Source of the DNA: an uncultured Planctomycetales bacterium
GTDB taxonomy: Bacteria; Omnitrophota; Gorgyraeia; Zapsychrales; JANLHA01
Reading direction: 5' to 3'
DNA length: 64,000 bases
Assembly: GCA_964450385.1 (NCBI GenBank)
Contig: CAYVEC010000004.1
Coordinates: 22,148-86,147 of the forward strand
Part shown: piece by piece, positions 24,801 to 36,800 of the stretch
Position numbering within the stretch: position 1 is the stretch's first letter
Layout of the letters: every line of letters starts with the position of its first letter
Position numbers and translations under genes: made by a program
The notes under the pieces: generated by a model
Told to the model about the DNA's origin: nothing
Database searches by the model: none
Seen by the model: only the letters and a program-made list of their open reading frames with translations

Positions 24801-27800
24801 TCAGCGCGACCAGAACGTTCCTTCTCCGGCGGAGATCCGCGGGTCAACGGTTTTGGACACAGGCGCCGTCGTTGGAGTCGATCAACGGGTGATCGGATTT
24901 GTGAGCGATGATGGGCGGACGTTCTGGCGGGGAGAGGACTCAGACGACGTCGGGTCTGTCGGGGCTGAGGGGCTGGGTGATGCTGTTAATAGCGTCTTGA
25001 GGGGGCTCAGGGAAAAGACGGATGAGCCAAGATCTGTTGCTGTCTCGTCGCAAGGACTTATTGTGTCGGGAGAGAACGGTTCGACAGGATCGATGGAGCG
25101 AGCTTTTGTTATGGCCCGGGATCCTGAGACAGGGAAAATGGAGCACGTTGGATATGCCCTAAGGGATACCGGAGACGTAAATAAGACACAGGAGTATGTA
25201 AGTCGATTAACTGAGAGCCGGGATTATTCTTGGGACGCGACTGCTTCGGGATGGGCATTTTTTACCAAGGAGCAATATCGCAAGATTAAATTTGAAGGTT
25301 TTGAAGAGTTGTTGGCGCAGCCTCAGAACTGGCGATTAGAGGATGCGTATGATGAAGGCCGGGTGACGGAGATTAGCGGAACGACGGCTGCTAAAAAGCC
25401 CCATGAGAAGGCGGCGCAGGAGGGGTTGAAGCAGGCCGTGGCTGAGGCGGAGGGATTGCGTGATGTGGTTATTAGCGTAGAAGGCGCGGCACAGCCAAAC
25501 GTTGATATCGAAGAGAAACTTTTCGGCCGGTTACAAGCAGCGCATGACAGCTCCCTGCAGGGTGGGCAGCGGCGGCGGATCGTTTTGGAGCATATTGGTG
25601 AGGAGGGGATGAAAGAAAAATATTCGGCGTTTTTTGACCGCGTCATTGATTTTGAGGATACGGTCGGTGCTTCGAGCGTGAACGACTATACTGATTCTCA
25701 ATTAAGAGACTTATATTTTAAGAAAAAAGATATTTCTGCGCCGACAGCGCACCAGAAGAATGAAGCGCTTCATTTGGCTAGGGCCCTTAGAGAAATTTTT
25801 GGAAAAAACATGTCAGCCCGGGCGTTCGCGTTTGGGATGATGCAGACCATAAAGGACAAGCTCCTTTCAGCCCATTCTGGTCGGCATAGCCCTGACAAAA
25901 CCCCCACATGGACGGTGTATTTGTCTGAGATCACGAATATTTCTCCGTTCCGACAGGCGATCGAAGCGCCGCGGCTTCAGCCGGACCCCGAGATGATCGA
26001 TGATTATAAAGAGCTCATCATGCACGAGATGCTCGATGGCCTGACCCATTGGCAGGCTGTGGAATTCCGGCGCCTGATGCTCCTCGCGCCTCAGGTGCTT
26101 GAAATCAAGGCCGAGCATGTCCGTCATGATTTTAGGGATGGATCCGGATATGAGATCCTTGAGGTGACCGATACCAACGGGGGGAAGAAGACGATCCGTT
26201 CGGTCTTGACGGTGGTCGAACAGGGCGAGCGCAGGTTGCGTCATTTGGAGCATGGGAGGCTGAAGGCAGGAGAGGTGTATCAAGCGGGCAGTCTCAAGCC
26301 AGTTCCGAGGGCTCAGGCAGAGTCAATGATTAAGGCGTATGCACAGGTCCCGGTCATGCCTAGTCAGGACGAGGAGGCCGAATACGGCGCCTCTGTGGGG
26401 CGCTTGACAAATGATGTCAGGGAGCGGATCGAGCGCGGCTTTGCACAAGAGGACACGAACGATGGTTCGCTGCAGCTTTATTCATTCGATACCTCCGACG
26501 GGATTACCGTTAGGGTTTTCCGGGTCCCGGAACTCGCGCGGACCGAAGAGGGCCGCCCGGTGACCGGGTATATTCCCGAGGGCAAAAACGAGATCTGGCT
26601 CGCGGATATTGAGTGGACGGCCAAGACGCTTGCTGAGGCGGCGGGCTATGATCCTGACAGTACGAAAAAACTCATCACCGAGTCCCGGCTAGAGATTTTG
26701 ACCCATGAGCTCGCCGAGATCCGCGCCGGACGCGACCATAAGGCCGGGATGGGGGCGACCGGCGATTTTCGTGCCGAGGCCGCAGTCCGCTGGCAGATGT
26801 CGGAGCCTGAGCATCGTGCGGCGGCTTTCCGCGCGGGCGGCGTCGAGGAGGCTGCCTCGCCGTTTGCTGATCGCCCGGTCATCGATCCCGCTGCCGTGCT
26901 TCCCGCTGCACCGGCCGTGACCCCAGCGATCGGGGCTGAGGCTCTGCCGATCCTGACGCCGGTCGGTCCTGTTTCCCCTGTGCTACGGGGGCTGCCGCAG
27001 GCTCGTGATGGTCTGCCGCAGGATATTGAGGTTGTCAAGGCCGACGATGTCCCTCAGGCCGTTCAGCAGTATATCAATTCAGAAAATGATGTCTATATTT
27101 TGCACGAAGGCGGTCTCGAGCCGGTTCGGGTTAACGGTCAGGGTCGGGTTACGGTTGTCGCGAACACATTCCCTCCGTCATCGCCGATCGCCCGACGTCT
27201 TGTGGCCGAAGGCGCGGTGATCGATCCTCGGTTCCTTGACGGCGTGACTGACGTTGAGGGTGAGGCCGCATCGTTTGTTCGTCTCGCTGTCCCGGCATTA
27301 AAGGGCGGGTCAGCGGTTGATGCGGGCGCCCCGGTTTATGTGGACGCGCGCACGACGGCAGATTCTCCGGCGGGGGTTGGCGAGGGGCTGGTCCGTGTGA
27401 TCGCGGAGATCGAAGATCAGGCCGGGCGTCGGCCGGATGTGGTGCGGTTGACCGATGCCGGGGCCGTGGCAGATGTTGTATTGACGGAAACGCGAGACGG
27501 GCTGATCATCGCGGATGTCAGCCGCCGTGTTTTGGGCCGAGAGGACCGCGGGATCGTGGGCGCGATCGGCGCGGCGGCAAAAGAAGACGCGGGCCGTTCG
27601 ACGGTCGCTGGGCTGATCGCGAAGGCCACGGCCTGGACAGGGGCCTTGAGCATTGCGAGGGAGCGCGGTGCGGCCGCGAAAGATTTCTTATTTAGAGGGA
27701 TGAGCGAGCCGGAGATCCGCCGGATCGCTCCGCGTGAGTTGAGCGAACGGGTTCTTGGCGCTGGGCGCGGCGTTGGTGATGTGGATGTGAGGAAGGCTTT

Positions 27801-30800
27801 GGTCGGAAGGGCCGCAACAGCGGCGGCGAGCGGTATTCGTGATGACGCCGCGACAGGGCAGGCCTTGAAGGCGCACTTAATGGCGCAGACTACGGCGCTC
27901 AAGGATGCGCACACCTATTTCGCGGACGTTGTGCGAACGGTCGAGAGCGGGGCGCCGGTCAGTGATGTTCAGATTAAGACGTGGCTCGAACACGGGCAAG
28001 CGATTGTCAACGGGATTCGCTCCTTAGCGCAATCGAGTGATCCGCTCGCCCAGGCCATGGCGCAGAGTCTGACCGCGGGCGGTGAGTTGGCGCGATGGGA
28101 TTTGGCCGCAGCCATGACGACGATCACGACACTGATGCAGGTTTTGAATGATCCTGCTATTGAGCGGGCATCTATTTTACCCTCTATGAAGGAGGGGGTT
28201 GAGCGGATCGGCACGATTCTAGACAAGGTGGCGCGGACGGCCGCGGCTGATGCGGTGAGGATCGGCAGGACCGCTGATAATCGGCGGTTTGTTCATCTGG
28301 ACGATCACCTGGTCACAGACGCGGTTCCGGTCGCCACGATCCGCCTCGCGGAGAGCGCCGCGCGTCCGGCCGCGGTAGCGATCGGTAGCGAGAAAAAGCC
28401 TGCGCTCGTGACGCGTCCGGCGGTGCCGGGGTCGGTCTTTGTGGCCCAGGCCTCGACCGAGAACGCGGATCCGGCCATGCTCGCCCTCGATGACGGTGTC
28501 TGGTTTAAATATTATACGGATAAACTTTTGGCGAACGATGTTGATGTCTTTGATAAAGTCGTTGTCGCCTTGGCCAGCGATTCTGAATTGAGCGCGGAGA
28601 CGCGGCGCCGTTTTGCCGAGGCGAACGGGGATCCGGCGGCGTTTGAGCAGATTTTAGGCGAGATGATCGAAGGCTCTGATTTGACGGCGCGCCTGAGCGA
28701 GGTGGCGGCGGTCTGGACGAAGGCCTGGGAGGCTGCGCTCAAGTTGAGGCGTGAGCGTGAGGCTGTGGCCGTAACGACAATAGATGGAACGCAAACTATT
28801 GATATTGACGGTGACGGCGGCGCGGCATCTGTGCCTGTGCTCGAGCCGATGCCGTTCACACCGACACTTGTTCCGTTACCGATTCCGGCTCCGGCGTTTA
28901 TTTTAGGGAAGGCGGATGCGGGCGGCCGGTCACGGATCCCGCTTGGCCAAGATGACGCGGCGAATCAGCGGTCGCAGGCGGTCCTTCCGAATGCCGCGCA
29001 GCTGCCGTTACCGAGCGAGACAGACGCTGGCGGCGGGTCACCGGTCCCGGCTGGATCGGGACGGCACGCGGGGAATGCGCCGTTCGTTCAATTAGCCAGG
29101 GCGATCCACCCGTCGGCCGCGGACGCGGTTCGGGCCGGGACGAGTCCCGCACGCACAAGCGACGGCACACGGGCGACCTATATTGATTATTCGCAGGATA
29201 CACGGATGAATTTCGGTTCAACCGGTCTTAGCCCAACGGCGAAGGCCTCTGTCGCCCTTTCCACAAAGGGTCAGACAGACAAGCGGCAAGAGTGGAACGG
29301 ACTTGAAGAAGGTGCTGTAGATGTAGCTGTAGATGGTATTGAAAAGGTGGTTGTGGCTTGTGGGTTAAGCACCGGCGTAAGTGGTGTGACGCTTGGTGAG
29401 GGAGAAACGACGGCGTGGACAGACACGCAAGTAGTAGCTGTAGATGTAGATGTGGTTGTAGAAGTGGCTGTATCTGTACCTGAAGTGGTTGGTGCAGTGG
29501 CGGGGGCTGTTGACTCAGGGATGCTGAGCAGCGGTAACGCGACTGATGAGGGGGTGACCGCGCAGAAAGATGCGCATGTTGATGGTGCTGTAGCTGTACG
29601 TATTGAGAAGGGTGTACGAAGTAGCCGTAGACGTACGCTGTATCGTTCTTTGGATCGGTCGAATGGCGCTGTGCGCGGCCTTGCCGTGATCCTGCCGGTG
29701 GCGTTTGTGAAGGCAGGGGATCGCCTGGTCCGGGTGATCGGTGCTGTTGGGGACCGTATCCAGACGAAGTTGGTTGTTCTTGGTCGTCAACGAGGTGCAG
29801 AAGGTGTTCTGTCGGGCGTGAAGGGTGTGCCGGCTGTCTATGCGGCGGATCCTGTGGAAGTGCCGGCAGATTCCGGGCATCGATTCGTGGGCCGAAATGG
29901 GTCTGCGAACAGGGTTGTAGAGAGCCTGGAAGGTCGTAATCGCTCTGTTATCGGGTCTAGGGGTGCGCGCAGGGAAGATGTGCCTGCTCGCCGCGCTGTT
30001 GTGAACCATGCTGCTGTCTCTGGGCATCGTTCAGCGGCGCCTAGGATCGGTAGAGGTGCTTATAGAGGAAATCGTCACGCTGTCCGCAATGTAGGAACTG
30101 TTATCGGAAGGCGTGTTGTTGATAAGAGAGAGGTGCGTGGACCATTCGGCGGATCGAACGGGATGCCGAGTGGGGTGCGCATGAACGGTCCTGAAGGATC
30201 ACGAGGCTCAACGAAGAGCGCCTCCGATATTCAGGGAGACCGTATTTCTAGTGTCCGTACGATCGTGCGGACTTCTCGCGGGGCACGGGGCCAAGAGGCG
30301 GCCTCGATGTTCCATCAGTTTGTTCTGAGCCGGATTCGCTATACGATCCAACCACGATCAGCGAATATCGCAGAGGCCCTGCGTGTCGCTGGTTCCGCTG
30401 TTGTTTTCTTCTCCGGTTCTCTGCAGGCGGCAGAGGCCGGAACATCCTCTATTCTACCCACACTAGTTATTGCTCATCCTGTGATCATGGTCTTGGCCGT
30501 TTTGGCCGGGATCGCGGCGGTCATGATTCTCTATAATATCAGGTCTAACAAAGGAGGCCGAACATGGTACTCGTCAATACACAACCGGATATTGAATTCA
30601 AGTACTTCATCGACATCCCGAGCAGTCAATGCACGTTCTGCTCAGGAAGGGAATGCGGCACAGGCCGGATCCGGCTCTACCTGGTCTCGCACGAGCGCGG
30701 ACGCATCTATGTCCGACGCGGGCTCGCCGGTGTCTGGGACGAACTCAGTCCAGCTCACCGGGTCAGAATTGAGCGAGCCATTGCGGCAGCGTTTCGCGAT

Positions 30801-33800
30801 CCCCGCATCCCGCGCTACAGCAGCACCGTTAAAGTCTAATGAATTCGTCGAGGTTGGACGTAACCGTCAGGACAGCATCCGGGCGGCTCAGAGGCTCTGG
30901 ATGATGCTCCCGGGCCTGCTGGGGGCGGTTGTCGCGGGCGTGGTTGCGATCTTCTATGTGCCTGGTGTTGCCGCTATGGCGATCGCAATGGTTGTCTTCG
31001 GATCGTTAACCCTGTATAGCATGGTGAAGGTGAAGCGCGACGTCCTGGCGACACAGTATGTCCTTTATATCTCGCCGGTGACAAAGCGCTTGTTTGGGGT
31101 TGTCGCGCTGGCGGGCGCTCTGGTCATGTCCGCGGGCACGGCGCGCGCTGCGGTTGACGACTATGCCGCTGACGGGGCGCGCGAGGTCGAGGCCTTTGTG
31201 CAGAGCTTAAGAGAAGGGGCAGATTCTCGAAAGGCGCAGAATGAGGCAGCCCTTCGGGTGTGGCTCGAGGAACAGCGCCTGAAATTGGCTCAAGATGAGG
31301 CGTCTTCGCCGGCCGCTACTGATGGCGGGGCGGCAGATGAAGAAGCGGTGGGCGCGGAAACCGGATCGCCCGAAGCAACAACCGCGGTCGCGGCCGGGGC
31401 TCCGGCTGAGCCTGCCGCAGCACGAGATGTTGTCCCGGCCCCGGATGCCGTAGTTCCCCAGGAAACAACGCCCGCTGACAATGCACCTGCGGCGGAGGCA
31501 GCAGCCGTTCCTGTGACGATCAGCGATGTGGTCACGCCGCTCCAGGGTGTTCAGCCGCAGGCGGATCCGGTCAGGGTTGAATTGGATGTTGTGACGAGCA
31601 TGCCGAGCTATTTCTTCAGGCTTGATGAATTCTATCGTCATTTTGATTCGGTCAATCATGCCCAGAAGGTGATGATGGCTATGGCGAACGCGGCAAGCGG
31701 CATGCGGACATATTTTATGGATGAGGAGGCTGGGCGGAGAGGATTGTTTGGGCTGAGCGAGTGCGAGTGGAACGAGGCGGTGGGCTCCATGGAACACAGG
31801 GGCCTTGTTGATCGCGGCATGAGTTATGCGATGGTCTTTGATCAAAAGCAGAGCGCCAAGGTTGCTGCCTATCGTCTTCGATCGCTGCTGGACGAGGTGG
31901 CAGCGAGGGATCAGTTTAAGAACCTGCCGAAGGAGGCGATCTTAAGACAGGCCTTGATCGAGTATCGTGCGAATGATGCTGCCGCCGAGCCGTTTGCTGA
32001 TCAGGTCATCGAGGACAGCATCCGCATGCTTAAGGAATATGGTTATCGTCAATATTTTGAGAAAGACGATCCGCTGAATAACGTCGTGTCGAGCCAGGCC
32101 GCAGCGCAGATGATGGCTCCGGTGAACCCGGATGCCCGGATCGATACCGTGACGGACGCGCTGACCGGCGCAACACCCACGAAGACGGACGTTCTTCATG
32201 TTGTCGCGATCATCGAGAAGCCCGAACCCGCTCTCCCGAATGAAAAGGGTGCCGATCAACCGCATCTCCAGGTTGAATGGCCGGAAGGGTTAACAGCGGT
32301 CACGCTCGATCAGCCGCTTCAGGCTGCCTGGATCAATGAAGATGGAACGATCTCTGTGGTCAAGGGACGCGCGGCCGCGGTTGAAAGTCATGACGAGACG
32401 CTGAACGCGGCAGTCCGTGCGGCCCTGGGGGCCCGCCGAGGCCGCCAGCAGGGGATTGTGAAGATTATTCCGCCGACGTTCTGGCAGCTGAATGAGGGTG
32501 AGCGTGACGTGCGCCGCCTCGCCTTGATGGAGGGGCTTGGGGTCCGAGAGAATCGAGTCGTCGGCAGCGCCCCGATCGTGTATTTCTTGGATGAGGACGC
32601 GGAAGTCGCCGCGCGTGGGGTTGATATCGATAAGACACGTTTTGAAAAAACGATCCTCACCGGCAGAACCCAGCGTCTGCCTGGCGAGAAGATCGAGATC
32701 GCGCCGATCCATCTCATGACCCGGCCGAATGCGACTCAGCCGGAGGCGGTTCACGCGGGATGGGCGTATCGGGTGACGACACCGTTCTTGGCCCCGGCAC
32801 GGACCCTGATCGCTGGGACGGTCGAAGAGATCAAGCATGACGGGTACGGGTTTGCGGTCCTGGTTCGAGAGGAGAACGACGGGCGGTGGCAGGTCCTCAC
32901 CCATTTGTCAGGGCTGACGGTCCGTCGTGGTGACACGGTCCAGGCCGGACATCCCGTCGGCGTCGCCGGCAAGTCAGGGAAGGAATGGTATTACATGATG
33001 CGGTTTATCAATCCGGACGGCAGGGCTGATGTCGATAATATTATGGTGGATGCCGGGACCGGTACGGATCTTGGAACATTATTTAATGAGAATGTCACGA
33101 AAGATGTGGCGGCCCAGGTCGAGGGTGTTGTGATCGGGGCGCCAATGACCGCGCTCGCTCAGTTTGATGAGGCGGCGGCACAGAAGGCGGATCACGAGAC
33201 GGCGATCGAAGAGGGTAAGACGGAAATCGAGAGGATGAAACGATTGGCTGCGTTGCCAACTCCAGAAGAGCGGGCAAGGAAGGAAAAGGCGGCTGCGGAA
33301 GGGGCTATTCAAGGGTTGAGCCAGGTGCACACGTTCACGCCAGAGGCGCGGCGGGCAGCGGCTTTAAAGACGATCCGCGAGCTCATGGCGGCTGGCGAAC
33401 AGAGGTCGAAGACCTTCCTCTGGCTGTCATGGGGTTCGTTGATGGCAGGATTCCCTGGTTCCGTGGCCACGGATATCGGGCCGTTGAGTGTGGGGGCCGG
33501 GGTGTCTAATTCCGGGATCCCGATTATGGAGATGTTCAGCCGAGTCGTTGGCCTGACCGAGGCCATGTCGTTCGGAGGCCAAGAGGTCCTTAACGCGGTG
33601 GGTACGGGCGTGGAAGTCGCTAACGCGACCGTGCGAGGGTATCATGATCCTGAGCGCCGCCGCGGCAGCGTGACAACATTTGATCATGCGATCAATACAT
33701 GGTTATTTGAGATCCACACGGTCTTTGTCGGGTCACGTCCCGACGGGAAGGGCGGATGGATCAATGATGAGACCTATCCGCAGATCGGTCTGCCGTGGTA

Positions 33801-36800
33801 TGAGGCCTTAGGCCTGCCGACACGGCTTCTTCAGCATTCCTGGGAACGCGGGGCGTCATGGCTGTCAGGTACGCCGATGCCGAAGGACCCGAACCTCTGG
33901 CGTCCGTTCGTCGGCCGTCCGTTTGAAGGCGTCTGGCAGGCATCAGAAGATGAGCGGCGGATCGTGGCCCTGGCCTGGAATGATCCGGATGTGAAGAAGC
34001 TCTGGGCCGTGGTGCGCGAGGGCGAGTATGTCATGTATGTGAGCTATTCGAATGAGAACGGAGCGGTGACACGCACCGAGCATCTTCGGATCCGGCCGTT
34101 TGTGAGTAAGCAGGGATCGGGCGAGGTGTATGCAGGGAAATTCTTAGAGGATAGCAAGCACCCGTTCCGTGATCTTCAAGACAATACAGTGATGCCGTTG
34201 CCGAATCGTTATCGTCTTGAGCAGCTGCCTGACCTTCGAGAGCCCATGGTCGGGGGGCAGCCGGTGATTGCATGGCAGTCTGATCCTGCCGGCACGACCT
34301 GGACCCCGATCTTTGCCTCTGAGGGGATGCCGATGGTGGCTGACGGGCAAGTCCCGGCGTATGAGAAGGGCGCTTATCACAAGGGGACCCAGACCGCGCC
34401 GGTCAATATTATTCAGGGAATGGCGAACGGGGCCGGCCGGCCTGCGGCCCTGGCGACACGGCCGGCGGTGCTTCAGAATTTCTGGTTTGATGTGAAATAT
34501 AATGATGGCGAGACAGGTGCGTTTGTTGTGCTCAATGCCGACGGGACCTTTAAAGAGATCAAACGATATACCGGGGATGGCAGCGGGCTCCGCCAGACAG
34601 GATTCGCGGTCCGCCGTGACATGAAGGGGGTCCATGACGCGGTTCTCGGCGGAAAATATGGACGGATCGAACTCGCTGATGGATTCCCGCTCGTGGTCGA
34701 CGGTATCGAGCTCAATAATAAGCAGATCTCAGCCGAGGACGCCAAGGCGGCCGAGTCACCGCGCTTCTGGGCGCTCAAGGACGGCCGTTATATCGACGGA
34801 GAGGTCGCGGTCTTTGTGCCGGCCCTGCCGCGAGCCGAGATCCCGATCGCCCGCCGGAACGTGAATGGACGGATCACGTATCTCTATTCTGTCGGAGAAT
34901 TTAACAGCATGCGGGTCCGTTCGAATGAAAAGGCCTGGGGCCTGAGGATTCGGGTGGTTGATCCTGCAGGGAATGTCACCCACGATGAGGCGATCACCCA
35001 AGAGGGAGAATTCCAGCGCTTAGTTGGTGTCGGATTCAACGACGTGTTTACGACCTTTGACCTCGGCGCGAATTTCCCGAATGAATTTAAGATGCTGTTG
35101 GCCGAAGGGGTGCAGGGGAGCGAGGCTACGGCCGAAGGGTATGACATTTTTAGGGCTGATGACGCGCCGCCCACCAGAACGGTTCATGCCCGCGCGGTAA
35201 CGGTTGCGGCGCCGAAATCGATCGCTCGGCCCGTGACGCTTGAGGGGTATCTGGCGGGCCTGAGGGAGAAGACGGGCGGTTCTCTGGCCACGGCCCTTGT
35301 CAGCGAGGCCGAACGCTTTATCACCGCGCGCGCGGAGTTGGATAAGAAGCGCGGGGCCTATGAAGGCGCCATCGCCTCGCTCAGGAAGGCGCGTGAGGCG
35401 AAGGGCGCCGCGAGTGCGGAGGCCCGATCCAAGGCCACGAACGCGATCGAACGGGCCAGCGTCAACGAGAGTGAGAAGATGACCTCGGAAGATGCCCTCC
35501 GGCTGGTTTTGCATAAGATCGCGATCGCGAATGCCGATCATATGACGGTGGATGAATTTTTTGCTCAGCTGGATCGTGATGCTGAGCGTCATGGGTTTGA
35601 GGCCGCGGTCCGCCGTGTCCTGAGGCAGCATTTTAATCAACTGTCGATCTCGCTGATCGGCAGTGATGTCGGTTGGGTTAATGACGAGCTGTCTCGTCTC
35701 GCGGAGGCCGAGCGGCTTAACCGTGAGCTCTATGCGAGCCAGAATTTTATTACCGCCAATGAGGCCTATGAACTTGAAGCGGATCAAGAGGCGTTTGATT
35801 ATATTACAAGCGAGATTGAAGCCTTGAACGAGGCGATCACCGAGCTGACGGATGATATTGAAGATCGGAATTATGATGAGATTTATTTCCAATATCCTGA
35901 CGAGATTATCCGCGGCATCCGGTTCCGCGCTCAAGAAATTCAAGAGGTGATTAACGAGCGCATCCCGTATTGGACGGAACAGGCTCAGATTGCCGCGAAT
36001 TTGGCCGAGCAGAATGAGGTGTATCAGTCGTGGGCGAATTGGACCGCCGCGATGCTTAACTTAACCATGGATCATCTTGAGATCGCGCAGACGGCCCTCG
36101 ACATCCTGCAGTATCATGAAAACGTCTATCTGCGGCCCACATCGGTCTTCTATCCGCCCGGATACGTTCTTGGTCAGCGTCTGGAATTGGCCGAAATGAG
36201 TCTTGATGCTTACACGGAGCAACAGCGGCTGTTAACCGAGTCGTTACAGCCGATCGTCCCGGATTTCTCACGGCTCAATTTGATCCCGCTTCGGCGGATC
36301 TATCCTGAGAACGCGACGCCTGAAGAACGGGCCGCGATCGATGCCGTTCCGACCATTGCCGAGACGCGCGCCTGGATGAGAGGGCGTCTCGACGCGATCA
36401 GTCAGGGGATCGATTATTATAACGAAGGGTTGGCGTACAGCCGCGGGTCCGAAGGGATCTATTCGAACACAACATTGCAGATCATCGATGAGTTCATTGA
36501 TAATCTTGAGCGTGAGGCTGCGTTATATAACAACACCGAATATGGGCTGACAGGTCAGCTTGCCGCGGATCAGGCTCTTCAGCAGGGGAACTCTGAGGAG
36601 ACCCCGCTTGACGTGCTCGAGCGTCAATATCAGTATCAGCAGGCCTTGAGCGAGATTTATGCCGAGCGGGCGGGGCTGATGGCCCAGATGAACGCCCTTA
36701 TTGAGGAGGGTGGGTACTTTAGGCAGGATTTGGAGCGGCGGCTAAAGACGATCCTCCGGCGTGAGCGTGAGTTTGCCTTTAATGCGCATGAGACGGTCTC

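Noticed and set aside
30564-30839. + frame-3 ORF of 91 aa (MVLVNTQPDIEFKYF...) and other short + frame 2 or 3 ORFs listed between 3871 and 64000
   Set aside because: They are embedded out of frame within the uninterrupted frame-1 giant ORF, so they are alternative-frame artefacts.
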